42,079 bases of DNA, from positions 1 through 42,079 of the IMG/VR virus record IMGVR_UViG_3300048849_000155. One strand, given 5' to 3'. Source of the DNA: a virus (Duplodnaviria; Caudoviricetes). A program made the translations under genes and the position numbers. Under the pieces are notes generated by a model. That model worked only from the letters and a program-made list of their open reading frames with translations, had not been told where the DNA came from and ran no database searches. This document shows positions 1-8,757 of the stretch, piece by piece (the stretch's first letter is position 1; the number at the start of each line of letters is the position of its first letter).

Positions 1-1149
1 TTACTCGCTGTTTTGCGCGAAAACGTCGAGCATGGCCGACCTATCAGGGCGCTCGAGTTGACGCTCCACGTAGTGCCTCGACGTGACTCCAGAGTCCGCG
101 TGGCCGAGTTGATCCTTCGCGGCATCGAGCCCGTCCGTTTCTCGCAGCAGAGTCGCGACCGCCTTGCGGCACGCCTTCGTGGTGATCCACTCGACGGCGG
201 TTCCCGTGACGGCGACGCCCCACTGCTGGCGCACGTTCTCGGGCCACCGCAGCGTTCCGTTGGCCGAGGGGAACACCCAGTCGGAGTAGGCGTCGACACG
301 GCGGGCGAGAAGCATGTCGGCGACGAACTGCGGGTAGATCAGTGAGCGGTTCGAGGAGACGGACTTCGGGATGCTCTGGCGGTGGATGCCCTCGCCGCGG
401 ATGCGCGTCACGGTTCCGGTGATCGTGACCCTGCGAGCTTCGTGGTCGACGTCCTGCCATCGCAGCGCGAGCACTTCGCCGATGCGCGCGCCCGTGCCGA
501 TGAGCATGTCGCCGATGTCGGCCAGGTCGCGGATGGAGTCGCCTCGGTAGGCCGGCTTCGCGTCGTACGCCTGGAGGGCCACGCGCAGTGCGCGGATGTC
601 CTCGATCGACGGGGCGCGAACTTCGGTGCGCTCGGCGGCCGGGAGTAGGAGGGATGACCCCACGTTCGCTTCGGCTGCGCCATGGCGGACGGCAAGTCCG
701 AACATCCCGGTGAACACGACGCCGAGCATGCGCGCCTGCGCTGGGCCGGACGCTTCGGCCACCCGAGTGATGACGCGTTGCATCCGCGGCACAGTCGCCT
801 CGCGGATGCGCACGGAACCGACTGCCTTATTCACATGAGCCCTCACTGTGGACTCGTACCGCTCGACGGTGGCTGCCGCGCGCTTCGAATTGCGCACGTC
901 ACTCATCCACTGCTCGGCGAGTTCGGTGAGCGTGGATTCCCGGGTGAGGTACTCGTTGGACGGGGCGAGCCTGTCGCGCAGGGTCTCGCGTAGGAGGTTG
1001 GCGGCGATCTCTTTCGTGCGCCCGGTGCGCTGTGCCTTCCGGGTGACGCCATCGGAGTCGCGATAGTAGGCGATCGCCGTCGGTTTCCCGTTGACCACCG
1101 TCTTGCGGATTTCGCCGTGGGTCTCCAGTGGGAGTGGTGGTCTAGCCAC
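1..1149 (-). CDS. int: Tyrosine integrase
   Basis: GARIGEVLALRWQDVD (catalytic R), PKS (K), KACR at the HxxR position, QLGH, and RHY (catalytic Y); N-terminal arm-binding region. Confidence 0.95.
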   Translation of the reverse strand: MARPPLPLETHGEIRKTVVNGKPTAIAYYRDSDGVTRKAQRTGRTKEIAANLLRETLRDRLAPSNEYLTRESTLTELAEQWMSDVRNSKRAAATVERYESTVRAHVNKAVGSVRIREATVPRMQRVITRVAEASGPAQARMLGVVFTGMFGLAVRHGAAEANVGSSLLLPAAERTEVRAPSIEDIRALRVALQAYDAKPAYRGDSIRDLADIGDMLIGTGARIGEVLALRWQDVDHEARRVTITGTVTRIRGEGIHRQSIPKSVSSNRSLIYPQFVADMLLARRVDAYSDWVFPSANGTLRWPENVRQQWGVAVTGTAVEWITTKACRKAVATLLRETDGLDAAKDQLGHADSGVTSRHYVERQLERPDRSAMLDVFAQNSE

Positions 1150-1606
1150 GCTGGGCGAACTCGCGCAGGAAGATCGTCATCACCTTCTCCGTCACTTCCA
1201 ACTCGATGGCGACACGCGCCATGTCGTCGGTGAGCTCGAGAGCGTCGTACACATCGCTCGGCCGGACCAAGCGGCGCGCTGAGATTCGGTCCGCGCGATC
1301 TTCCTGTGCGCGGTCGTCACCCTCGTCGCCGTGCTCAAAGTGGACGATCTCGTGAGCGATCGCACACCGCTCGACCGCTGTCGACAATCCGGGGCGAACG
1401 TAGATGGCTTTGTAGTCGGGCGAGTACATCGCGTCGATGTCGTGCTCAGGGAGATCCGGGCGGTAGATGATCGGCAATTCAAGGTTGGCAGCGTGCACCT
1501 CAGGCTCGTAACGACGCCCGCACGGGCCGTCGTAGAAGTGGTCGCGCCCGAACATGTAGGAGGTCGTGCCTTCGTAGTCGTCTTCAGTTTCGAATGTAAG
1601 TGTCAT
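1142..1606 (-). CDS. ImmA/IrrE-family metallo-endopeptidase
   Basis: ERCAIAHEIVH (HExxH) followed by EDRAD; lies between repressor and integrase and overlaps both. Confidence 0.9.
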   Translation of the reverse strand: MTLTFETEDDYEGTTSYMFGRDHFYDGPCGRRYEPEVHAANLELPIIYRPDLPEHDIDAMYSPDYKAIYVRPGLSTAVERCAIAHEIVHFEHGDEGDDRAQEDRADRISARRLVRPSDVYDALELTDDMARVAIELEVTEKVMTIFLREFAQRG

Positions 1607-1998
1607 GAGTTTTCCCGTTCAGGATCGATCGGCGTGTTGCCACGTGTCGCTGCTTCGCGTCCTGTATAGGGCGCCTTGTGCAGATCAGTCTCCGTGGAGC
1701 CTCCGACACTCTTCTTCGACGGGCGCATCTTGGTGACCTTCGCGTCGGTGCCCTCGGTCTCGAATCGCTCCTCAGCGCGCTTCACGACGACGAACGGGTC
1801 AACCCCGAGAACCTGGGCGAGTTGGAACATCGTGGGGACACTGATGGCTCGCTCACCTTTCAGCCATCTGTCGAGGGTTTCGCGGTTGATGCCGGAGCGG
1901 CGGGCGAGTTCGACGACGGTGATGCCTTGTGCGGCGGCCTCCGCGCGCAACTGTGCTGCAACCGTCTTGCCGAACCGCTCTGCCTCTTCTTTACTCAT
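1603..1998 (-). CDS. XRE-family HTH immunity repressor
   Basis: ITVVELARRSGINRETLDRWLKGER HTH; start moved to ATG 1998 because TAGGCT lies 7 nt upstream (leaderless); divergent from Cro. Confidence 0.88.
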   Translation of the reverse strand: MSKEEAERFGKTVAAQLRAEAAAQGITVVELARRSGINRETLDRWLKGERAISVPTMFQLAQVLGVDPFVVVKRAEERFETEGTDAKVTKMRPSKKSVGGSTETDLHKAPYTGREAATRGNTPIDPERENS

Positions 1999-2104
1999 GT
2001 GGCTAAGCCTATACCCACAATGGCTACAGAACTGGGCCAAATCGGTACAACTATTCTTCCTGTACCCCGGAAGTTAATGCTAACTTAGCCGCATGGCTAC
2101 AGAA
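1996..2104. promoter_or_regulatory. Divergent repressor/Cro promoter-operator region
   Basis: -10-like TAGGCT (minus) and TAACTT (plus) 6-7 nt before each ATG; direct repeat ATGGCTACAGAA at 2020-2031 and 2093-2104; palindrome TAGCC-gcat-GGCTA at 2086-2099. Confidence 0.7.
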
Positions 2105-2326
2105 ATCACCCGAGAGGTCGCAGGACTCGTGTCCATGGCGATACTCCAATCGGAAGTGAGCAAGTCCAGAATCGCGGATCTCACCGGGATTCCGTACAGC
2201 ACGCTCAATCGGAAACTCAAGGGCAGCAGCGCCGACTTCACGTTCCCGGAGCTGTTCGCTATCGCAAGAGTCGTCGGCGTACAGCCTTCGGCCTTCATCC
2301 CTTCCCCCTTCCGGGCGGTGGCCTGA
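2093..2326 (+). CDS. Cro-like HTH protein
   Basis: SKSRIADLTGIPYSTLNRKLKG HTH; first rightward gene. Confidence 0.85.
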   Translation: MATEITREVAGLVSMAILQSEVSKSRIADLTGIPYSTLNRKLKGSSADFTFPELFAIARVVGVQPSAFIPSPFRAVA

Positions 2327-2502
2327 TGGCTGCCGTGCTCACTACACGGGAGGCAGCGGCCTACTGCGGGTATGAGCGCAAGACGTTCTACAACCTGCGC
2401 AGCGCTGGCCTCGCGCCGAAGGCGTTCAAGCATGGCCGCCTCACCGTTTACTACGAGGCCGACCTCGACGCCTGGTTGGAAGGCCGGCTTATCCCGGCTT
2501 AG
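2326..2502 (+). CDS. Excisionase/AlpA-like HTH protein (58 aa, absent from ORF track)
   Basis: Hand translation MAAVLTTREAAAYCGYERKTFYNLRSAGLAPKAFKHGRLTVYYEADLDAWLEGRLIPA; TGATG overlap with Cro. Confidence 0.85.
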   Translation: MAAVLTTREAAAYCGYERKTFYNLRSAGLAPKAFKHGRLTVYYEADLDAWLEGRLIPA

Positions 2503-2576
2503 TCAGCCAGAACACCTCACCGAAGCAGAAACGCCCGGGGGCAACCGGGCGAATCCAAAGAACGAAAGGCAAGGCA

Positions 2577-3350
2577 ATGCCAGACAGCAACAGTGTAGCG
2601 ATCTTCAGCTACTTGCAACAGGACGTGCGCACCGTGCTCGTGAACGGGGAGCCGTGGTTCGTCGTCGCCGACGTGTGCAGGGTCCTCGGTCTCACCAATC
2701 CCTCGATGGCCACCTCATCCCTCGATGACGATGACCTAAGCACTACTGAGGTCATCGACTCGATGCGCCGCATGCAGAGCGCACGCATCGTGAACGAGTC
2801 GGGGTTGTACGAGCTCGTCTTCCAGTCGAGGAGACCGGAGGCGAAGCAGTTCCGCCGATGGATCACCACCGTGGTTCTGCCGCAGATCAGACAGACCGGC
2901 TCGTACGTCGTGGACGCGGCGCTCCCTCACGACTACCTGACCGCGCTCGAGGCGCTCGTGCAGCGGGAACGTCAGAACGTGGCCCTCTCCCAGGAGAACG
3001 CCGAACTCACCCCCCGCGCTGAAGCGTGGAACGCGATCGTTTCCGCCGAGGGCGACTACTCAGTCGGTGATGCGGCGAAGATCCTCGCCCGCGCCGGCAT
3101 CCAGACCGGCCCCACCCGCCTGTTCCGCCAGTTGGAGCATCTGAAGTGGACGTTCCGCGGTTCCGACCAGCGACCGCGTGCGTATGCGGAGCGGGTCGAG
3201 AAGGGCTACCTGACGGAGAAGCCTTCGTTCCACTACCACCCGGGCACTGGTGAGCGGGTCATCGATCCGCCGCAGGTGCGGGTCACGGTGAAGGGCCTCG
3301 GCCGGTTGCGGCAGCGGCTGCACACGAGCGCACTGACGGCGGTGTCCTGA
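2577..3350 (+). CDS. Phage antirepressor (BRO-N plus KilAC/ANT domains)
   Basis: GEPWFVVADVCRVLG, VNESGLYELVFQSRRPEAKQFRRWIT, and C-terminal QVRVTVKG. Confidence 0.92.
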   Translation: MPDSNSVAIFSYLQQDVRTVLVNGEPWFVVADVCRVLGLTNPSMATSSLDDDDLSTTEVIDSMRRMQSARIVNESGLYELVFQSRRPEAKQFRRWITTVVLPQIRQTGSYVVDAALPHDYLTALEALVQRERQNVALSQENAELTPRAEAWNAIVSAEGDYSVGDAAKILARAGIQTGPTRLFRQLEHLKWTFRGSDQRPRAYAERVEKGYLTEKPSFHYHPGTGERVIDPPQVRVTVKGLGRLRQRLHTSALTAVS

Positions 3351-3619
3351 TGCGTATCCTCACCGCCAGGCGTTCCGAGTCGTGCATGTTCTACGTGCTC
3401 GGCGACACTGCCCCTGAGTTTGTGGTGCAGGTCACCGACCGGGAGTCGCTGATCCTGCACCGTCACGTCAGCGAGACGTCCGTGTGGGCGTGCCCCGGGT
3501 TCAAGAACGAGCACGGTCACTCTCTGGCCGATGCGGCGTTCCGGTCCGTGGCCGGCAATAGGCCTCTCGCGGTCCTCCCGGTCGCGTCTGTTGATGCCGC
3601 ATTGGCGGCGGTCGCATGA
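3350..3619 (+). CDS. Hypothetical protein
   Basis: TGATG and ATGA overlaps with both neighbours. Confidence 0.7.
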   Translation: MRILTARRSESCMFYVLGDTAPEFVVQVTDRESLILHRHVSETSVWACPGFKNEHGHSLADAAFRSVAGNRPLAVLPVASVDAALAAVA

Positions 3620-3705
3620 ACACCATCCGCAGTTCTGTCGTCCGCAACACCATCATCTTCGTCGTCGCTCTCGTTGGCAGCATCGTCGGGTGGTACCTCG
3701 CATGA
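3616..3705 (+). CDS. Small single-TM membrane peptide (29 aa, absent from ORF track)
   Basis: MNTIRSSVVRNTIIFVVALVGSIVGWYLA; ATGA overlaps at both ends. Confidence 0.7.
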   Translation: MNTIRSSVVRNTIIFVVALVGSIVGWYLA

Positions 3706-3950
3706 CCGCCACCGACATTCTCGAACGTGCGCGAGAACTCGCCCACTCCATCGTCGACCTTGACCTGATCGACCATGCGATTGAGATCGCCGATCATGCC
3801 GCCCAGTTCGATGGGGAGGCCCGCTGGTTCGAGCAGGTGATGGCGTTGGCCGAGGAACTCGTCGCGGCCGCCGCCGAGACGGATGAGGCGGGGTTCAAGG
3901 AAGCGACGGACATCCGTTCCGATGCTTACGCGGACGGAGCCGACCTGTGA
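3702..3950 (+). CDS. Hypothetical acidic protein
   Basis: Starts MTATDILERARE; ATGA and GTGA overlaps. Confidence 0.75.
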   Translation: MTATDILERARELAHSIVDLDLIDHAIEIADHAAQFDGEARWFEQVMALAEELVAAAAETDEAGFKEATDIRSDAYADGADL

Positions 3951-4117
3951 GTCCCACGGGGACTTTCCCGCTCAGGTGGACCGTCATCGAGAACTACCGC
4001 GACGGCGGTGTGTGGCCGCACTACTTCTTCACCGAGGAGGATGCGCGCCGGCACATGAAGGCAATGCAGGAAGCTCACCCGCCGCGCACGTACGAACTCG
4101 TGGGGCCCGAGCTGTGA
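3947..4117 (+). CDS. Hypothetical protein (56 aa, absent from ORF track)
   Basis: MSPTGTFPLRWTVIENYRDGGVWPHYFFTEEDARRH...; GTGA overlaps at both ends, GGAG RBS. Confidence 0.7.
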   Translation: MSPTGTFPLRWTVIENYRDGGVWPHYFFTEEDARRHMKAMQEAHPPRTYELVGPEL

Positions 4118-4293
4118 TCCGCCTCGCCCTGTTCGTCGTCGGCTTCCTCCTCGCGACCATCACCGCGTTCGTGTGGGGCCCGAATGGCCTCACCCTCCTC
4201 GGTTGTGTCATGGCCGCCCCGCAGATCGTTCACGGGGCCATGCACGACCTGTACATCACCATCCCCACATTCAGAAGAAAGGCCCAACGATGA
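4114..4293 (+). CDS. Small membrane protein (1-2 TM)
   Basis: MIRLALFVVGFLLATITAFVWGPNGLTLLGCVMAAP...; overlaps both neighbours by 4 nt. Confidence 0.7.
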   Translation: MIRLALFVVGFLLATITAFVWGPNGLTLLGCVMAAPQIVHGAMHDLYITIPTFRRKAQR

Positions 4294-4877
4294 GCGCCGA
4301 ACTGATCTACAAGACCACCAGCCCCGCCGCGATCGAGTGGTGGCAGAACGCGACTGCCGAGGCGCGAAAGCAGAGCATCCTCCGGCAAGAGTTCGCTGAC
4401 GAGATGCTGGCCGAGTTCGGCCCCAGCACGAAGGCTGTCTACGGCGACGACAAGCCTGACCGGAAGCTCTGGGTTCGAGGCGAATCCGTGATCGGTCTCG
4501 ACTCCAACTACAACGAGAAGCCCCCAGCGGACTCGGGATGGCGACTCGACTCGAAGGACCGCATCTGGAAGCCCGCGCTGAAGACGGCGAAGGGCAGAGC
4601 GCTCCGTGACCGTCTCGCCGCCCTCACCACATACTCGGTGCGCGCGCACAGCAACGAGATCGGCGTCCCCGAGATCGTCTTCGCTGGCATGCACATGTAC
4701 CGCCCCGGCCTCTCGTTCGACGAAGAGCCGACACCGACCCTGTTCCAGGTGTGGGGCTCGGGCCAGTGCGCTACCGAATGCGAGAAGGAGCAGGCGAAGC
4801 TCGCCGACATCGAGTGGGTCGAGGTCAAGCGTTCCGTCTGGTACGCCCGCGTCGAAGCGAAGGCGGACGAGTCATGA
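4290..4877 (+). CDS. Hypothetical protein
   Basis: Starts MSAELIYKTT after GAAAGG RBS; typical high-GC codon usage; ATGA overlaps. Confidence 0.8.
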   Translation: MSAELIYKTTSPAAIEWWQNATAEARKQSILRQEFADEMLAEFGPSTKAVYGDDKPDRKLWVRGESVIGLDSNYNEKPPADSGWRLDSKDRIWKPALKTAKGRALRDRLAALTTYSVRAHSNEIGVPEIVFAGMHMYRPGLSFDEEPTPTLFQVWGSGQCATECEKEQAKLADIEWVEVKRSVWYARVEAKADES

Positions 4878-5080
4878 CCGCGTTCACCGATGGTCTCCTG
4901 TCCACCCTCGCCACGAAGAGACCCACCGAGGCCGATCTGCTGCCCGAGCCAAGTGCCGAGGCTCTCGCCGCATGGGAGGCCTACCGGGCTATTCCTACGA
5001 ACTACGACGGCTTCAACGAACTGTCGGAGCAGGAAGCGTTCTGCGACGGGTTCGACCTCGGACGGCAGGTGAACCGATGA
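4874..5080 (+). CDS. Hypothetical protein
   Basis: Starts MTAFTDGLL; ATGA overlaps. Confidence 0.7.
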   Translation: MTAFTDGLLSTLATKRPTEADLLPEPSAEALAAWEAYRAIPTNYDGFNELSEQEAFCDGFDLGRQVNR

Positions 5081-5259
5081 ACGCCAAGACCATCGCCCGC
5101 ATCCAGACCAACGAGTCCGAGGTGGTCGACAACATGCACCAGCCGGTCGCCCAGATCATCGAGTCGACGAAGCCGAGACGCTACGCCGTGCCGCTCGAGG
5201 TGAGTGGCGATGCTCTCGCTCGTGCCCGGCGGAACATTCGATTGGAGGTCACCCGATGA
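5077..5259 (+). CDS. Hypothetical protein
   Basis: Starts MNAKTIARIQ; ATGA overlaps. Confidence 0.7.
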   Translation: MNAKTIARIQTNESEVVDNMHQPVAQIIESTKPRRYAVPLEVSGDALARARRNIRLEVTR

Positions 5260-5363
5260 TCGACGTCGACTACGACTGGGACGCCTACGAAGGGTCCGCC
5301 AAGTCGCCCGGGTACCTCGATCGTCTCATCGACCGGGCAGACGATGCGAGGGACGCCATATGA
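5256..5363 (+). CDS. Small acidic protein (35 aa, absent from ORF track)
   Basis: MIDVDYDWDAYEGSAKSPGYLDRLIDRADDARDAI; GGAGG RBS; ATGA overlaps at both ends. Confidence 0.7.
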   Translation: MIDVDYDWDAYEGSAKSPGYLDRLIDRADDARDAI

Positions 5364-6412
5364 GCGCCTACACAGTGCTGACGGCCACCGCGAACACACC
5401 GGAGTGGTTGCGGGCACGCAAGTCCGTCCTCGGCGCTTCTGAGGTTGCCTGCGTGCTGGGCCTGTCGAAGTGGTCAACCCCGCTGGGGATCTACAACGAC
5501 AAGCTCAACCCGAACATCACCGACGACATGACGGAACGCCAGGAGTGGGGCCACTACCTCGAGGAACCGATCGCACAGTGGATTCGCGACAAGCAGGGCA
5601 TCACCGTGCTGCCGTCACCGGGTCTCATCCAGTCGATCGCGTACCCGTGGTTGGCAGCAACACCTGACCGGGTGACGGATGCCGGCGAACCTGTCGAGCT
5701 CAAAACCTCCGACTCGTTCATGAAGTCGGATTGGGTGGATGGGCCGCCGGACAACTACCTCATTCAGGTGTTCGTGCAGATGATCTGCCTCGGCACCAAA
5801 CGCGGGTTCCTCGGTGTGCTGCACGGCGGCAACCAGTTCGAGTTCTACCCCATCGAATGGGACCAGCAGGTGGTCGATCAGATCATCGACGCCACCCGCG
5901 ACTTCTGGCAGGGCCACGTCATGGCCAGGATCGCCCCGGAACCGACGACCAGCGACGAACTCGCTCTCGTACACCGTGATTCCGGCGAGACGTTGGAGGG
6001 CGACGAACGGCTGCTGATGGCTTGGTGGCTCGACGGGCAGGAACGCAGCACCTACAAGGCCGCCGAGGAACGTATCAACGCGGTGAAGGCCGCGTACAAG
6101 GAACTGCTGCACAGCACAGATAAGTCGGTGCTGTCGTTCCGCGGCAAGGCGCTCTACACGTGGAAACGCCCCAAGCCGACCACGTCATTCGATATGGCTC
6201 TGTTCGCGCAGGAACACCCCGCCCTCGTGGCGATGTACACCCGCGAGCACCCGTCCGCCCCTCGGTTCCTCCGCAAGGACACGAAGGCGCTGAACGAAGA
6301 ATTCGCGGCCGACCCGCCTCCCGGGTGGACGCCCGGCCTCACCGTCACCGAGGTTCTCGAAACCTACGACGACATCCGCATCTGGAAGAACGAACAGAGA
6401 GACGCCTCATGA
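5360..6412 (+). CDS. YqaJ-like viral recombinase exonuclease
   Basis: EWLRARKSVLGASE, WGHYLEE, ATPDR, ELKT and YLIQVFVQM motifs; adjacent to RecT. Confidence 0.93.
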   Translation: MSAYTVLTATANTPEWLRARKSVLGASEVACVLGLSKWSTPLGIYNDKLNPNITDDMTERQEWGHYLEEPIAQWIRDKQGITVLPSPGLIQSIAYPWLAATPDRVTDAGEPVELKTSDSFMKSDWVDGPPDNYLIQVFVQMICLGTKRGFLGVLHGGNQFEFYPIEWDQQVVDQIIDATRDFWQGHVMARIAPEPTTSDELALVHRDSGETLEGDERLLMAWWLDGQERSTYKAAEERINAVKAAYKELLHSTDKSVLSFRGKALYTWKRPKPTTSFDMALFAQEHPALVAMYTREHPSAPRFLRKDTKALNEEFAADPPPGWTPGLTVTEVLETYDDIRIWKNEQRDAS

Positions 6413-7233
6413 CCGACCTGAGCACGAAGATCGCCACCCAGCAGGTGGCGCAGAAGAAGAACCCGACCGTGCGCGACATGGTGCAGGCGCAGCAGCCTGC
6501 CATCGAAGCGCAGCTGGCCGGGGCGATGAACTCGGGGGCGTTCGTGAGAGCGGCGATCTCCACCATTGCATCCAGCCCCGACCTGCAGCAGGCCACCCCC
6601 TCATCTGTTCTCGGTGGCATCATGCTCGCCGCGCAGCTGAAGCTCGAGATCGGCCCCGCCCTCGGCCACTTCTACCTCACCCCGCGGAAGGACCGCGGGC
6701 AGCAGATCTGCCTCCCGATCATCGGCTACCAGGGGTACATCGAACTGGCCTACCGGTCGGGGCGCATCGAGAAGATCGAAACGTTCCTCGTCCGGGAGGG
6801 AGACAAGTTCGACCACGGGGCCAACTCGGAGCGCGGGCGGTTCTTCGACTGGAACCCTGCCGACTACGACGAAACCCGCCCGTGGACCGGCGTCGTCGCC
6901 ATGGCGAAGATCAAGGGTGCCGGCACGGTGTGGGCGTACTTGCCCTACTCGAAGGTCATCGACCGCCGTCCCAAGTACTGGGAGTCGGGGCCGTGGAAGA
7001 CGAACCCGGAGGAGATGGCCCGCAAGACCGGCATCCGGGCACTCGCCCCTTACCTGCCGAAGTCCACCGACCTGGCACGCGCCATCGAGGTCGACGAAGC
7101 GAAGGTCGAGTCGATCGCCGGGGTGCATGACCTCGTCGTCACCCGGGATGAACCGGAAACGCTCGTCGTCGAACAGTCGAACGCTGGCCTGGACCCGTCC
7201 GACCCGGCCTATGTGGCGGCACCCGGTGAGTGA
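6409..7233 (+). CDS. recT: RecT-family ssDNA annealing protein
   Basis: LGHFYLTP, IIGYQGYIELAYRSG, and PWKTNPEEMARKT..LAPYLPKS. Confidence 0.95.
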   Translation: MTDLSTKIATQQVAQKKNPTVRDMVQAQQPAIEAQLAGAMNSGAFVRAAISTIASSPDLQQATPSSVLGGIMLAAQLKLEIGPALGHFYLTPRKDRGQQICLPIIGYQGYIELAYRSGRIEKIETFLVREGDKFDHGANSERGRFFDWNPADYDETRPWTGVVAMAKIKGAGTVWAYLPYSKVIDRRPKYWESGPWKTNPEEMARKTGIRALAPYLPKSTDLARAIEVDEAKVESIAGVHDLVVTRDEPETLVVEQSNAGLDPSDPAYVAAPGE

Positions 7234-7693
7234 CGATGGCCGCGGTTTCACCCTGACCGTGTTCGGGGTGCCGGCCCCGCAGGGTTCGAAGTCGTTCAAG
7301 GGGATGCGTGGCGGTCACGCGATCCTCGTGGAGTCGTCGAAGAAGGTGAAGCCGTGGCGCGCCGCGGTGAAGGCTGCGGCCATCGATTCGCTCGGGCCGC
7401 GGTGGGCGCCGCTCGAGGGACCGATCGAACTGACCGTCTGGTTCTACCTCCCCCGCCCGATCGCAGCACCGAAGACCCGGCGCGTGTTCCCGGCGAAAAT
7501 GCCGGACCTGTCGAAGCTTCTCCGCTCCACCGAAGACGCCCTCACCGACGCCGGCGCGTGGCGTGACGACGCCCTCGTCTGCGACGCGATCGTGCACAAG
7601 AGGTACGCCGTCCACCACTCGCTCCTCCGCATCCATCAGCACGGCGACTTCGAGGTACCCGGCGCCATCATCACAGTTCGGGAGACAGCATGA
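7226..7693 (+). CDS. rusA: RusA-family Holliday junction resolvase
   Basis: GVPAPQGSK and PDLSKLLRSTEDALT...WRDDALV. Confidence 0.92.
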   Translation: MSDDGRGFTLTVFGVPAPQGSKSFKGMRGGHAILVESSKKVKPWRAAVKAAAIDSLGPRWAPLEGPIELTVWFYLPRPIAAPKTRRVFPAKMPDLSKLLRSTEDALTDAGAWRDDALVCDAIVHKRYAVHHSLLRIHQHGDFEVPGAIITVRETA

Positions 7694-7998
7694 AGCGCGA
7701 CACCGTGAAAGCATTCCGCGCTCGAGCGAAGGCGACAGAAGATGAGATCGCCCGCACCCTGGCAGACCAGAAGTCGGAGACGGATCGTGCGTGGCGTGAA
7801 GCTCGAGCGGCCGAACGTCAGGCCGAGGCCGAGCGAGTGAAGCTCACCCGGGAAGACGTGCTCGGCGCAGTAGCTGTTCGTACTCAGTTCGGCTGGAAGC
7901 GCGTCCGCCGCGTCAACGCCGTCACGGTCTCGGTCGACTCCGGGTATTCGTGGGCCGACAAGGTGCCGTTCGACAAGGTGCTCGAGGTCCGTAAGTGA
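7690..7998 (+). CDS. Hypothetical protein
   Basis: ATGA and GTGA overlaps; coiled N-terminus and small beta-rich C-terminus. Confidence 0.75.
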   Translation: MKRDTVKAFRARAKATEDEIARTLADQKSETDRAWREARAAERQAEAERVKLTREDVLGAVAVRTQFGWKRVRRVNAVTVSVDSGYSWADKVPFDKVLEVRK

Positions 7999-8414
7999 TC
8001 GCCCCGAAGATCCCGAAGCCGACGAGGGCGGAGGAACACGACGCCTACGAGCTCGCCACGCTGCGGGATCGCGGCTACTGCGTGCGTTGCCGGCGCATCG
8101 ACCCCGTTTGGGGCGTGAACCGGGACCACCGGAAAGGGCGCGGGGTCGGCGGGCGCACGGTCGTCGAGAACCTGCAGCTGCTGTGCGGCTCGGGAACCAC
8201 CGGATGCCACGGGTGGAAGACCCAGAAACCGGAAGAGGCGCTCGAGCAGGGCTACACGGTGCCCGAATGGGCTGACCCGCTCGAGTTCCCGGCCGCCCGA
8301 TGGTTCCCCGAGTACGGCGTCCTTCGCCTCGGGTGGGCGCTGTACACGCACCGCGGCCAGGTAGTCGAGATCCCCGAGGCCGAGGCGCTCGCCCGGATGG
8401 AAGGCCTGTGGTGA
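7995..8414 (+). CDS. HNH endonuclease
   Basis: RDRGYCVRC, DHRK.RG.GG, and NLQLLCGSGTTGCHG. Confidence 0.88.
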   Translation: MIAPKIPKPTRAEEHDAYELATLRDRGYCVRCRRIDPVWGVNRDHRKGRGVGGRTVVENLQLLCGSGTTGCHGWKTQKPEEALEQGYTVPEWADPLEFPAARWFPEYGVLRLGWALYTHRGQVVEIPEAEALARMEGLW

Positions 8415-8551
8415 TCGACACGACCGCCCTGCTGGCCTTCCTCGACGCCCGGTCTGACGTGAAGGACGCGTTGGTCGGGTCGATTTATCACGCTCTTGCG
8501 GAACGGGTTCGTCGGGGCGACTTCAACACAGAAAGGAGCGACGAGGGATGA
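8411..8551 (+). CDS. Small hypothetical protein (46 aa)
   Basis: Starts MIDTTALLAFLDARS; GTGA overlap with the HNH gene. Confidence 0.65.
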   Translation: MIDTTALLAFLDARSDVKDALVGSIYHALAERVRRGDFNTERSDEG

Positions 8552-8681
8552 CCTCAGTTATCACCAGTTTTGCTCACAGGCGACACGCCAGTTCAAGTAT
8601 CTGTCGAAGGTTATTTCGATACACACCTGTGGACTCCCGCAACCGGTGTTCTACCAGCGAATCCGCTCGGAGCCGTTTCGA

Positions 8682-8757
8682 GTTTCCACAATTCTTCCCC
8701 CAGATTCTCAACGATGTTCACGGCGTTTTGAACAGGTTGTCCACAGCGTTATCCACA
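8682..8757 (+). promoter_or_regulatory. DnaA-box array
   Basis: Perfect TTGTCCACA (8737-8745) and TTATCCACA (8749-8757); degenerate co-oriented copies GTTTCCACA (8682), CTTCCCCCA (8694) and TTTTGAACA (8726). Confidence 0.7.

Noticed and set aside
2372-2728. 118-aa plus-strand ORF from the track
   Set aside because: It is out of frame with the clearly recognisable 58-aa Xis-like gene and the antirepressor, which it overlaps.
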